Shown here: piece after piece, positions 12,674 through 22,836 of the stretch
How positions within the stretch are numbered: the first letter of the stretch is position 1
Layout: every line of letters starts with the position of its first letter
Source: Naegleria gruberi
Lineage: Eukaryota
NCBI GenBank assembly: GCA_000004985.1
Contig: GG738904.1
Strand: one strand, 5' to 3'
DNA length: 64,000 nt
Program-made: the position numbers and the translations under genes
The notes under the pieces: model-generated
Databases searched by the model: none
What the model was told of the DNA's origin: nothing
The model's input: only the letters and a program-made list of their open reading frames with translations

Positions 12674-14334
12674 CTATCCTAAGGTGTGAACTCCTTGTTG
12701 CGAATTAAATGGTGCTTCGGTTGATGTTGTTGGGTTATCATCTTGTGCAATAGGTGTGGTGGCTGTTGATTCAGTTGCATAATTTGTAGTTGCATTGGAT
12801 TGTGAACTGCTTGTGGCACTACTATCAACAGGTGTTGTAATGTTAGTGTTAGCAGCAGGTTGTGTCATGGTATTGATTATCCTTGGTTTGACATCTTCCA
12901 AAAGGGTTGGAATAGATTGAGAAAGTTCCTTCTCTGTTAACTCCCACAACTTTGGAAGAAAGTCTGAATACTTCAATATTATTCATTACAAGTATCATAT
13001 TCTTCAACAATTCTGGAAGAGCCTCCCTCAAATGATCACTCTTTGGTTTGACGAGTAAAAAGTTGTACATAACTTGAAGAATGGTGAGCCACAATGAAGA
13101 GAAACCATTATCTTGTTGACTTTCAGTATTATTCACAGGTAACATTCTTGGTAAAAAGTGCAGGAATATTCTAGCAAGTAAGTTGTTGGCTCTGACCCTA
13201 AGCTCTTCTAAAGAGGAAATATCCATTTCTGTATTGTGATTGGTTTGATATTCAGTTGTCTTTGGTTTGAGTGTGAGAAGAGTTTGGAAAAATGTCTTGA
13301 GCAATACACGATCCATACACATCATTAAGAGTTGATCATTGAGGAGATATTTTAGATTTTGTGAGTCTTCTTGGTTGGCAGTGAATGAATATCTGAAATC
13401 ACAACTATAAACAAGAGATCTTTGTAAGGTTGAAAGTGCTTGGGTTCTAATATCTCTTTGGAGGTGGCTCAACATTTGAATTTGACTATTATTCAATTGT
13501 GACATTAGTAAGTTCAGAACATTGACCGGTCCACTAGTGTTAATGCCACCAGTGCAACACAATACTGCTATACCTTCAAGAATTGAAAGCCAAGCATTGA
13601 TCCACTTGTTATCCAATTTGATGACGTTTTGGGATGAGTTAGCAGATGAATAGGCAATGGATACAATTCTCTTCAAAATTTCCATAACCAAATTTTCCAA
13701 AATGATTAAAATGTCCATTGTGAGAGCCATAAGCTTTTTAAGGGTGGATACAAATTGTTGGGAGCTATTGCTTCCATTGGAGGTGTTTTGAATATTTACA
13801 TTTGTTGTAATGGAAGAACTCAAAACGGACAAGATACTTTGGACAATGTTGGGAAATTATCAGGAACAACAAACCATAACCCGAAATGAGTAGTATCATC
13901 CTGTAATGTAGAGTATTGAAAACTGAGAGTAAGTACATCTAATGATCTGGTAATTAATTGTAATGGTTGTGAAGGTTTGATGGATGTGAAGAGTGAGCTA
14001 TTAGGATTATTATTTATCCATGAGGAGGAAACGTTGGAAATACTTCTCAAAATCTTGAAAACTAAATGATCCCACAAATCTACAATAAGTCTTGATGAGC
14101 TATCAGTAAATATTGTGGAAGGATTAAGATTGGTAGCATTTGTACGATCTTGAATTTGGTAGCCATTGGTGAGAGTAGAGTTTCACCTTGTCTCGACAAG
14201 AACATGTGAATCATAGGAAGTAAACTATTATGGAAAACACCCAACATGGTTTCACTCCATTGCTTACCAAGGTTATCAATAAGGACAGAGCATTTCTTTT
14301 TGACCAATCTCCCATTCTGCTTGATTTTCAACAC
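12674..14334 (-). pseudogene. GBF1-like (Golgi brefeldin-A-resistance factor / Sec7-family ARF-GEF) C-terminal HDS region only; split across at least 4 reading frames; no Sec7 domain or N-terminus present
   Basis: The 327-aa ORF contains WLSILEGIAVLCCTGG...DIRTQALSTLQRSL...LRVRANNLLARIFLHFLPRMLP...SSLWLTILQVMYNFLLVKPKSDHLREALPELLKNMILVMNNIEVF. This is colinear with the human GBF1 C-terminus ([71 protein letters not shown]). The next GBF1 block, LWEITWERIDCFLPHLRDELF, appears as LWELTEKELSQSIPTLLEDV in a different frame (ORF 12674-12976). Upstream pieces (13820-14077, 14080-14334, possibly 14617-14823) are in further frames. A reverse-strand GTAAGT at 14463-14468 does not give a frame-consistent splice. 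The upstream 3+ kb needed for DCB/HUS/Sec7 is occupied by a plus-strand gene. Confidence 0.5.
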
Positions 14335-14931
14335 TATTGAATTGGGTAATGTTGCTTGGTCATTCTTGTTCTGATTGGTTGATTATTTGTTACTGGGAGT
14401 GGGCTGTTTCTATCGCTACCAGAACTAGTACCGAAAGGATTGGATGAACCTACAGATGGTGGAGCATTATGTACTTACAAGGAAAAGTCAAAAGTTTCTT
14501 GACTACTTTGGGAAAGAATGAATCTTTTGGAAGATTGGAAGAATTTACAATTGGAATGTATGTCGAGGCAACAGAATTGCAAAAATTGAAGAAATCTCTC
14601 AAACGTTTGACTCGAGTTAAATCTGAAGAGAATGACTGTTAGGTCCGTTATTAACTTGGTAAATGGATTGAATGGTACTGATTGGTTGGTATAATTGCAA
14701 AATGGAAATCATTAATTTGTAAACGTGTATACTGTAAACATAATTCCAAATAAGTTTCAATCTTTCGCAACCAGTATTTCTATTCAAATTATTATTAATC
14801 AAAACATCACACAATAAATCCAAACAGAAGAGGGAAGTATCAAAGTCTCTTTCATAATAGTAATAGGTTGCATTTTGTTGTTGTTTTCAATGTGAACAAG
14901 TGAGGAGCAGAATGAATGTGCCAATTAAAAA

Positions 14932-17900
14932 ATGCAAGACGATAAATCATCAATTCCCGAAGGTGTCGTTGCTGATGAAGAAACAAATCCAACTATTCCA
15001 GGACATGAATCCACCATTGAACAAAATCCTTCTTCAACGGAGGAGAGCAAAATGACCTATCCAACACTCCACAAAAGTTTGAAGAAATCTTTCAGTCAAA
15101 TTGTGTCTTGTGGAGGAAGTTTTGTTTGTTCTGATAAGTTTGATGGTGTGACACTTCCTGGATTGGAATTACTTGTTTCTGCTGCTCAAGATTCTGATAA
15201 GAAATATAAAGCAATGCCCTTTCCGATTGTTTATAAAGAGCAAGCTGATGAAATTATTAGAATTGCAAAGAAATCACCTTATGGAAAGGGAGAGGAAACA
15301 ATTTATGATGACAATGTGAGAAATTCCTATGAATTGGAACCAAATCAATTTAGAATTACAAATACAATGTGGCAAAAAGAATTAAATCAATTATTGGAAA
15401 CAAAAATTAAAAGTGGACTGGGAATTGACAAGTACAAGAATGTGGAATGTAAATTGTACAAATTACTATTGTATGAAAAAGGAGGACATTTTGAATATCA
15501 CAAAGATTCTGAAAAAGAATGTAAACAAACATGCACATTGGTTATTATTTTACCATCCATCTTTGAAGGAGGAGAATTCAAAATCAAACACAATGATTAT
15601 GAAATGGAAATTGCCACAACAAATGATTATGCAACTGAGTGAGTATTATAGTATGAACAATTTATTGAAAATTAATTTCAAATCTCCCATTATTGAATTT
15701 AATCATGATGAATTCTTGGCAGTTGTCATTTCATTTCATTTTACTCTGATTGTGATCATGCTGTTATGCCACTCACAAGTGGATACAGAACTTGCCTTAT
15801 CTATAATATTATTGTAACAACTCATCAAGAAAATCAGCAATTATCCATTGCAGATAATCATGTACATTCTGAAAATGTAAGAGAACAATTATCAGAGTGG
15901 TTGAAAACTGATTTGTCCAAGAAACCATTAGTTTATTTGCTGGAACACGAATATACAACAGAAAGTTTAGTTTTTGGATGTGAAAATTTGAAAGGAAATG
16001 ATTACAAAATTTATTCTGCACTCAAAGCATCCAAATTGCCATTGCTCTTGTTTCCATCTTTCTTTACAAAACGTGTTAATGAAGGGTTTAGTGATGATGA
16101 TTTCTTTGAAGAGGGAGTGTTTTTAACCATCTCTAAAATGTACTTTGATGAAAAGGCAATACTTTCCGATGTCTCTGTTTCGCCATCTCAGGTTTTTTCA
16201 TTTCCAGGAAAAGATATGAAAGATATGAAACTAACAAAGTCAACTGAACATCAAACAGGTAAGTACGAGAGAATTATTTAGATAGTTAATCATTCTAACA
16301 GGAAATTATGGAACTCAATCATCTAAATGGTATCAAAAAACATGCTTGATCATTTCTTCTAATCAATTTAGTTCAATTGTGGAGCTAGGATTTAATTTTG
16401 GTATGAACTACTTTGAATTTCTTTCTAAAGCTGAAAGTGAGCAGATTAACGAATTTTATGAATCATTTACAAAGGAAGAATGGAAATTACCATACAGACA
16501 TACTATTAGCAAGCAAGAGATGTTCGTAATGACATTAATTAAAACTGGCAAGAAAGATTTGACCAAAAAATTCCTTGAGGAAGAGTGTAGCTCGGCCTCA
16601 ATCACAGCAAAAGCTTTAAAACAATGTTTGAATGTATTTGAAGACCAAGAGTTTAAACAGATTGTTTTTCAATATTGTATTGATAGTTTAACAAATCTTG
16701 AACACGGACATAAGCTTGATATTGATGAATACTTGGAAGCACTAGAGCCGTTCGTTACCCCTAAAATGGTAAACTATATTGAAACACAGCTGGTCAAATC
16801 AGTCGATTCAATCCGTAATCTAAACTCATTCTACTTATTTTGTGAAAAAAAGCGAGACAAATTTAGTTATACATTTAATAAGGGTTAGTTTTCTACATTT
16901 ATTTCAATGCTCACCCTATTTAGATTTATTTTTACCGATATTTAGATCTCTTTATAGCCAATTAAAACACTGCAAAGCTCAATATTTTCCTCTTTGTGAC
17001 ACTTATATGTGTGAGGAATTTGTAAAAGGTACAATAGAATTCTACTTTAACAATGATTATAATAGAGGTTTACAACTCATTCAAAAGTATGGATACAATA
17101 CATTTGATCCAAATAAGGTTTTTTCAGTTTTGAACCCATCCCATTATTTTGAAAATTACAAAAAAGATATTGAAGACAATGAGTTGAAATTGTTCTATTC
17201 TGGATTTAGAAAATACATGATTGAAAAACGATTACTTGATAACCGATCTGAGAGAGAAGTAGTTCTCAAACATTTACTCGAAAAAGAAGAGTATGAAACT
17301 CTCTTGCATACTTTGAAAACCTATAATAAGAATGTCATTAGTAATATTTATATTTTGGATAGATTTCTAAAGAATTTCAAACCAATAGTTGATAATACTA
17401 TATTGCAACAATGGATTAATATAACGCAAATGTGTATCTCCTCTATTAAGGGAGGCTTGTCTAGAAGCTATATTGAAATATTAACCTACAAACTTCCTCA
17501 CACTTTGCCATGCACTTGTGAGCTGTGTGCATCTGTACAAAAGTTTTTAAAGAGTTCTAAAGACTCCTTTTCCAAAATTGGAGTTTCTAAAACAAGCTAT
17601 GATCACGTGAAAAGTTATTTGGAAAAATTAGAACGTTTGAGTCAATATTGGTCAAATGAAAAATTAACGATTAACAAGAGTGGTTATTCTAGCAAATATA
17701 GTGAAAATATTATGAGATATGCTTTAGAAAACCTCAATGAATTATTACAATTTTTGATCCACCACCAAACTGATAAAGACTCTAGACCTCAATTTAGCTT
17801 TACAAGAATTACAGCATCTAGCCCAGCTGGAGAAGAGAGTGTAAAAAGAGAAGCAGAACGGGTAGAGAAAGAGAAGAAAGAAAGACTCGAAAGGGAAGAA

Positions 17901-18608
17901 GCCAAAAAAAGAGAAGCAGAAGAAAAGCTACTTCAAAAGAAAAAATTGGAAGAAGAAGCTCTGCTTAAAAAGAAAAAACGAGAGGAACAAAGATTACTCA
18001 AAAAGAAACAAAAAGAAGAAGAAAATAGACTCAAGAAAGAAAGAGAGGAAGAAGATAAAGAACTTCGTAAAGTTGAAAAAGAGTTAAAGAAGAGGAAGAA
18101 GGAAGAGATAAAAAAGGAGCAGCCAACACCAGCCAGCTCAAGTCAATCCAGCTCAACAATTAATACTCAATCACATACTGTACAAGGTACCAATTCAGCA
18201 ATTCAAACACAACCAATAGTTCCACAGCTTACATGTCAACTGGGAACAGTTTATTCTCAAATGCAGGGTATGCCACTTGTTCCAATCTCAGGTAATCTTA
18301 TCCCACCTAACTTGGTTAATTTAAATACTTTTTTTAAAATGAAGAATGACATCCAATTATCCCAATACTTTAGCACGGCTATGATTTGGACACCATTATC
18401 TACACCTCCAGAGCTGATCACTTTATCTGCTAATTGGGTTTCTCAATATTTATGCACTGCTGTACAAATTTCACCTAGTCTTTACTTTTTGTTGATGCCA
18501 ATTCAAAGATATTTTCAAACTTCCCCAACTGATTTGCGTTTCATTTCTATTGTCACAGATTTGAAAGGAATTCAAATGATACTTGCTCCAATAGTTAAAA
18601 AAGAATAG
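14932..18608 (+). CDS. 2-oxoglutarate/Fe(II)-dependent oxygenase-like N-terminal domain joined to a long C-terminal region with a K/E-rich coiled coil; proposed exons 14932-15638, 15723-16258, 16302-16883, 16924-18608
   Basis: An HxD...H...R arrangement is present: GGHFEYHKDSEK, then after the intron ...DCDHAVMPLTSGYRTCLIYNI. The donors are GTGAGT (15639) and GTAAGT (16259), with phase-consistent AG acceptors (15722, 16301). The last junction is either a 40-nt intron (donor gttagt at 16884, acceptor at 16923) or a 1-nt indel in the A7 run at 16845-16851. Both frames are open across 16842-16888, and the downstream frame has no ATG (the ORF-track M is GTG). The C-terminal part contains EREEAKKREAEEKLLQKKKLEEE.. 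(17.8-18.1 kb). Confidence 0.5.
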
Positions 18609-18626
18609 TTTTCAACACAGATGTTT

Positions 18627-18684
18627 ACATTTAATTAAGGATGATGACAGGTATAATAAAGGAATAGTCCAATAATTATCCCAA
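18627..18684. repeat. Copy 1 of an approximately 58-bp direct repeat (copy 2 at 19447-19506)
   Basis: acatttaattaaggatgatgacaggtataataaaggaatagtccaataattatcccaa versus acattttaattgaggatgatgaaaaggtataataaaggaatagtccaataattatcccaa. A 35-36-bp core is identical and the overall identity is about 90%. Confidence 0.85.
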
Positions 18685-19443
18685 GGAATGACATTGTAGG
18701 AATGCATGTTCAGAGTTTTTATTGCAAATTAATCTGTAGATTCTGTAATCGTCATTCCTATTACTATGATTTCCCATTATTTACGAAAATCTATTTGTGT
18801 AATAAATATAAATAAGGAGATTTTAAATTATTTAGGCTCTTTACCAATTTATTGAACACGTATCTAATGAAATCCATTTAAAACCTGAAGATGGACGCAA
18901 TAGCCAAACAATAATCAATTTAAAAATGATCAGTCTTGAACACTTTGGAGAACAATCAGACGTTTTCCTTGAACAGTATTGTAAACAAAAGGCAACCATA
19001 TTGAAGAGTTTCTTTGAAGAGGTTGATATGAAATTGTTTGGAAAAGTTAATCAGATTTCAAAAAATTGGGGGAAATTGAAGATTTTCTTTTAGCACTAAA
19101 GTTTTCTCTTCCAGATATTTTTGGAGATGGTAATGGAGGGGAAATTCCAGTCCAACAATTAAGTCGTTGAATTGGTTGAATAAAGTTCAAATCTATTGAG
19201 ACCTCACAACGTATTGTTATTATTAAGCTTTCTTCATCAATAAACTGAGTTTAAACAACTAAGCAAGTATGCAATTTCTTGTGTTTATCGATGTATCAAC
19301 ACTCTGATAAAAGAAATTGAAAATTGTAGAGTTTCATTATGGATGGTTGAAGTAGGGATCTCTAGAATGTAACAATAAACATGTTATTTCTGAATGAAAA
19401 GTTCATAATTAATAATACCTTTAAATTATGTGATTTACAATAT

Positions 19444-20400
19444 TTACATTTTAATTGAGGATGATGAAAAGGTATAATAAAGGAATAGTCCAATAATTAT
19501 CCCAACAGTAGTAAAAAATAATACAAAGTAAGCATTCTCTTGCTTTTGTGCAATGACACCAAACATTTCCTTATGTTGCTCCTTGCTCTTCTTTACCAAT
19601 TCCTCGTAACCAACATGTTTGATAAATATTTGTGCCTTCTTTTCAACCTCATTTTGGGTTCCATCCTTCTTCTTCTTTTTCAATAGGTTTTTAAGAGACA
19701 TTGCAATAGAGGATGATTTTTTGGAAGTATCCTTTGTTTCTTTCGATTCCTTTGATTCTTTAGATTTGAATAAAGAAAATCCCTTCTTTTCCTCCTTATT
19801 TGATTCTTCTACATTTGTTGGTTCAACATCCATACTATCGATAATACAAGGAATGACATCATAGGCCATTTCAATCCATTTGCAAAACAACTTGTTCTCA
19901 TTCTTGATCAATGCATTTTCTACAAAATCAGTAACAGTCCAAATAAGTTTTTTAAATTCTGCCTTCATATCAATGGTTAATTCTACACTTTGAAAATTGT
20001 CATCATTACTCTTTTGTGCAAAATCAAAAATTGCTGAAATTTCAAAAAATTCCTTCATTGGAGATTCTCCGACAAGACAAATATCACAAATAACTCTACA
20101 TTTATCCCTTGATTCCATCACTAATGATTCCGTAACTTGAAGATCAACTCTTTTAATTCCTAAAATTGCAGGCGCATTAATTTTATCCACAACCACTGAT
20201 GTTTCTCTCATAAAAGTCTCCTTTACTCTCGGATCATCTTTATCTAAATTACTATTCCATCCTTTAGAAATTGAAACTGTTGATACTTCTTTACGTTGTT
20301 GCAAAAATCGTATTTGAAAATCATCATTAAAGAATGTATGTTTTAAAACCTTGTCAATTGAAGTATCGGGAAAAACATGTCTGATCGCATCTTGTTTCAT
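19444..20400 (-). CDS. Tail-anchored membrane protein (318 aa): soluble N-terminal domain, K/E-rich linker, single C-terminal TM (VGIIIGLFLYYTF); function unknown
   Basis: A single 318-codon ORF with an ATG at 20400. A C-terminal hydrophobic helix is followed by only 6 residues. Its last about 20 codons lie inside repeat copy 2 (19447-19506). Confidence 0.6.
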   Translation of the reverse strand: MKQDAIRHVFPDTSIDKVLKHTFFNDDFQIRFLQQRKEVSTVSISKGWNSNLDKDDPRVKETFMRETSVVVDKINAPAILGIKRVDLQVTESLVMESRDKCRVICDICLVGESPMKEFFEISAIFDFAQKSNDDNFQSVELTIDMKAEFKKLIWTVTDFVENALIKNENKLFCKWIEMAYDVIPCIIDSMDVEPTNVEESNKEEKKGFSLFKSKESKESKETKDTSKKSSSIAMSLKNLLKKKKKDGTQNEVEKKAQIFIKHVGYEELVKKSKEQHKEMFGVIAQKQENAYFVLFFTTVGIIIGLFLYYTFSSSSIKM

Positions 20401-20930
20401 TTTTTATTTTATAATTAAATTAATTTTTAATATAGAATTAAAATTAGCAATCGAGTTCATTGTTGCTTTTTATTGAATAATCGAATAGGTGATGTAATTA
20501 AAGGAGTTTACAACAATTTAATATTAAATAGTATTTTTTTTAAATATATTATTATTTCAATCCATTCATTGTAAAAATAACAAAATCGAAACGAGATCAA
20601 AAGCTAAATATACATTAAGAATTGAATTAGAGTCAATGACCAGTGTCTACGATTATTTAGAACCCAAAATATTAAACAACAAGTAACTCCGGGATCCGAT
20701 AAACGGAGAAGAAATTGTAAAGTTTTATTCCGGTGGTATTTTTTTTAGAGCCTTGCTGAACAAGCAGGCTTCAACAACAGCGAGGCTTGCTTGACTTTTG
20801 GTTTTATTGCTGTGAAGAGCAAGACTACCAAATCGTTTCTCTTGAAAAAATAAAATAAATTTAAAAATTATTTAACAAATTTACGTAAAAAAAATAAGAC
20901 CATACACACTCTACCCATCATCCAATAAAA

Positions 20931-22751
20931 ATGAGAGAAGGAGAAAGTCAATACGGTGATATCTTGTCTGTTTCAGGACCAGTCGTCGTTGCTGAAAAGA
21001 TGGAAGGTGCTGCCATGTACGAACTTGTTCGTGTTGGTAATCAACAACTTGTGGGTGAAATTATTCGTTTGGAAGGTGATACTGCCACAATCCAAGTCTA
21101 CGAAGAAACATCAGGTTTGACTGTTGGTGATCCAGTATTGAGAACTGGACAACCATTGTCTGTTCACTTGGGTCCAGGTATCATGGGTAGTATTTTCGAC
21201 GGTATCCAACGTCCTTTGGAAGTCATTTATAAAAACTGCAATGAAGATATTTACATTCCTAGAGGTATTAACGTAAATTCATTGGATATGGATAAGAACT
21301 GGTTTTTCAACCCAACAAACTTCTCTATTGGTGATAAAATCACTGGAGGTGACATTTTCGGTGAAGTTGAAGAAAATGACTTTATTAATCACAAAATCCT
21401 CCTTCCACCAGGTGCTATGGGTGAAATTACTTATATTGCTAGCCCAGGTAACTATACTCTTAACGATGCTGTCATTGAAGTTGATTTCAATGGTATGAAG
21501 AGACAATTCGGTATGGCCCACTTCTGGCCTGTACGTCAACCTCGTCCAGTTATTGAAAAGTTAGCTGGTGATTATCCAATTTTGACTGGTCAACGTGTTT
21601 TGGATGCTGTCTTCCCTTCTGTCCAAGGTGGTACTTGTGCTATTCCAGGTGCCTTTGGTTGTGGTAAGACTGTCATTTCCCAAGCTATTTCTAAATATTC
21701 TAACTCTGAAGCTATTATCTACGTTGGTTGTGGTGAACGTGGTAACGAAATGGCTGAAGTATTGATGGAATTCCCTCACCTTACTGTTACTAATCAAAAG
21801 ACTGGTAAGGAAGTTTCTATCATGAACAGAACTTGTCTTGTTGCTAACACTTCAAACATGCCTGTTGCTGCCAGAGAAGCTTCTATTTATACTGGTATTA
21901 CATTGTCCGAATATTTCAGAGATATGGGTATGAACGTTGCTATGATGGCTGACTCTACTTCTCGTTGGGCTGAAGCTTTGAGAGAAATTTCTGGTCGTCT
22001 TGCTGAAATGCCTGCTGACTCTGGTTATCCAGCTTATTTGGGTGCTCGTTTGGCTTCTTTCTATGAACGTGCTGGTAAGGTTCGTTGTATTGGTAATCCA
22101 GGTCGTACTGGTTCAATTACTATTGTCGGTGCTGTTTCTCCACCTGGTGGTGACTTTGCCGATCCAGTTACTGCTTCAACTTTGGGTATTGTCCAAGTCT
22201 TTTGGGGTTTGGATAAGAAATTGGCTCAAAGAAAGCACTTCCCTTCAGTCAACTGGCTCATTTCCTACTCTAAATACATTAACTCTTTGGAACCTTTCTA
22301 TGAAAAGGTCGATCCTGAATTCGTTCGTTTGCGTACAATCATGAGAGAAATTCTCCAACAAGAAGAAGATTTGACAGAAATTGTCCAATTGGTCGGTAAG
22401 GACTCACTCCCAGAAAACGATAAGGTTACATTGGAAGTTGCTAAATTATTGAGAGAAGATTTCTTGCAACAAAACTCATTCACTGATTATGACAAGTATT
22501 GTCCATTCTTTAAGACTATTCTCATGTTGCGTAACTTTATTAAATTCTATGAAGATTCTCAAAAGGCTGTTCAAGAATCAGGTGCCAAGATTACATGGAA
22601 CACAATTAAGAATGCCATGACTGATTTGACTTACAAGTTGTCAAGCCAAAAGTTTATCAAGCCATCCCTTGGTGAAGCTGGTGTTAAACAACAACTTAAC
22701 GACCTTTATCAAGAAATTTCAAATGCTTTCAAGAATCTTGAAGAAGAGTAA
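20931..22751 (+). CDS. vatA: V-type proton ATPase catalytic subunit A (606 aa, single exon)
   Basis: Walker [13 protein letters not shown]. Strong family-wide identity (e.g. [62 protein letters not shown]). Codon usage is that of a highly expressed gene. Confidence 0.95.
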   Translation: MREGESQYGDILSVSGPVVVAEKMEGAAMYELVRVGNQQLVGEIIRLEGDTATIQVYEETSGLTVGDPVLRTGQPLSVHLGPGIMGSIFDGIQRPLEVIYKNCNEDIYIPRGINVNSLDMDKNWFFNPTNFSIGDKITGGDIFGEVEENDFINHKILLPPGAMGEITYIASPGNYTLNDAVIEVDFNGMKRQFGMAHFWPVRQPRPVIEKLAGDYPILTGQRVLDAVFPSVQGGTCAIPGAFGCGKTVISQAISKYSNSEAIIYVGCGERGNEMAEVLMEFPHLTVTNQKTGKEVSIMNRTCLVANTSNMPVAAREASIYTGITLSEYFRDMGMNVAMMADSTSRWAEALREISGRLAEMPADSGYPAYLGARLASFYERAGKVRCIGNPGRTGSITIVGAVSPPGGDFADPVTASTLGIVQVFWGLDKKLAQRKHFPSVNWLISYSKYINSLEPFYEKVDPEFVRLRTIMREILQQEEDLTEIVQLVGKDSLPENDKVTLEVAKLLREDFLQQNSFTDYDKYCPFFKTILMLRNFIKFYEDSQKAVQESGAKITWNTIKNAMTDLTYKLSSQKFIKPSLGEAGVKQQLNDLYQEISNAFKNLEEE

Positions 22752-22836
22752 ATATATAAACCAATTTTGTAATAATATTGAAAATTTAAAAAACACGTGT
22801 TTAATTTTCTTCAATTTAACACAAACAAGGCAAAAA

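Noticed and set aside
14617-14823. 68-aa reverse-strand ORF upstream of the GBF1-like pieces
   Set aside because: It is low-complexity with no convincing homology and a different frame again. It is listed only as a possible further decayed piece, not as a gene.
20700-20850. Possible C/D-box snoRNA in the GC-rich block upstream of vatA
   Set aside because: No proper C (RUGAUGA) and D (CUGA) box pair with terminal stem in either orientation.
22669-22836. ORF-track start of the SUN gene inside the 3' end of vatA
   Set aside because: It begins at a TTG within the vatA coding region in another frame. The first ATG outside vatA (22837) is taken as the real start.
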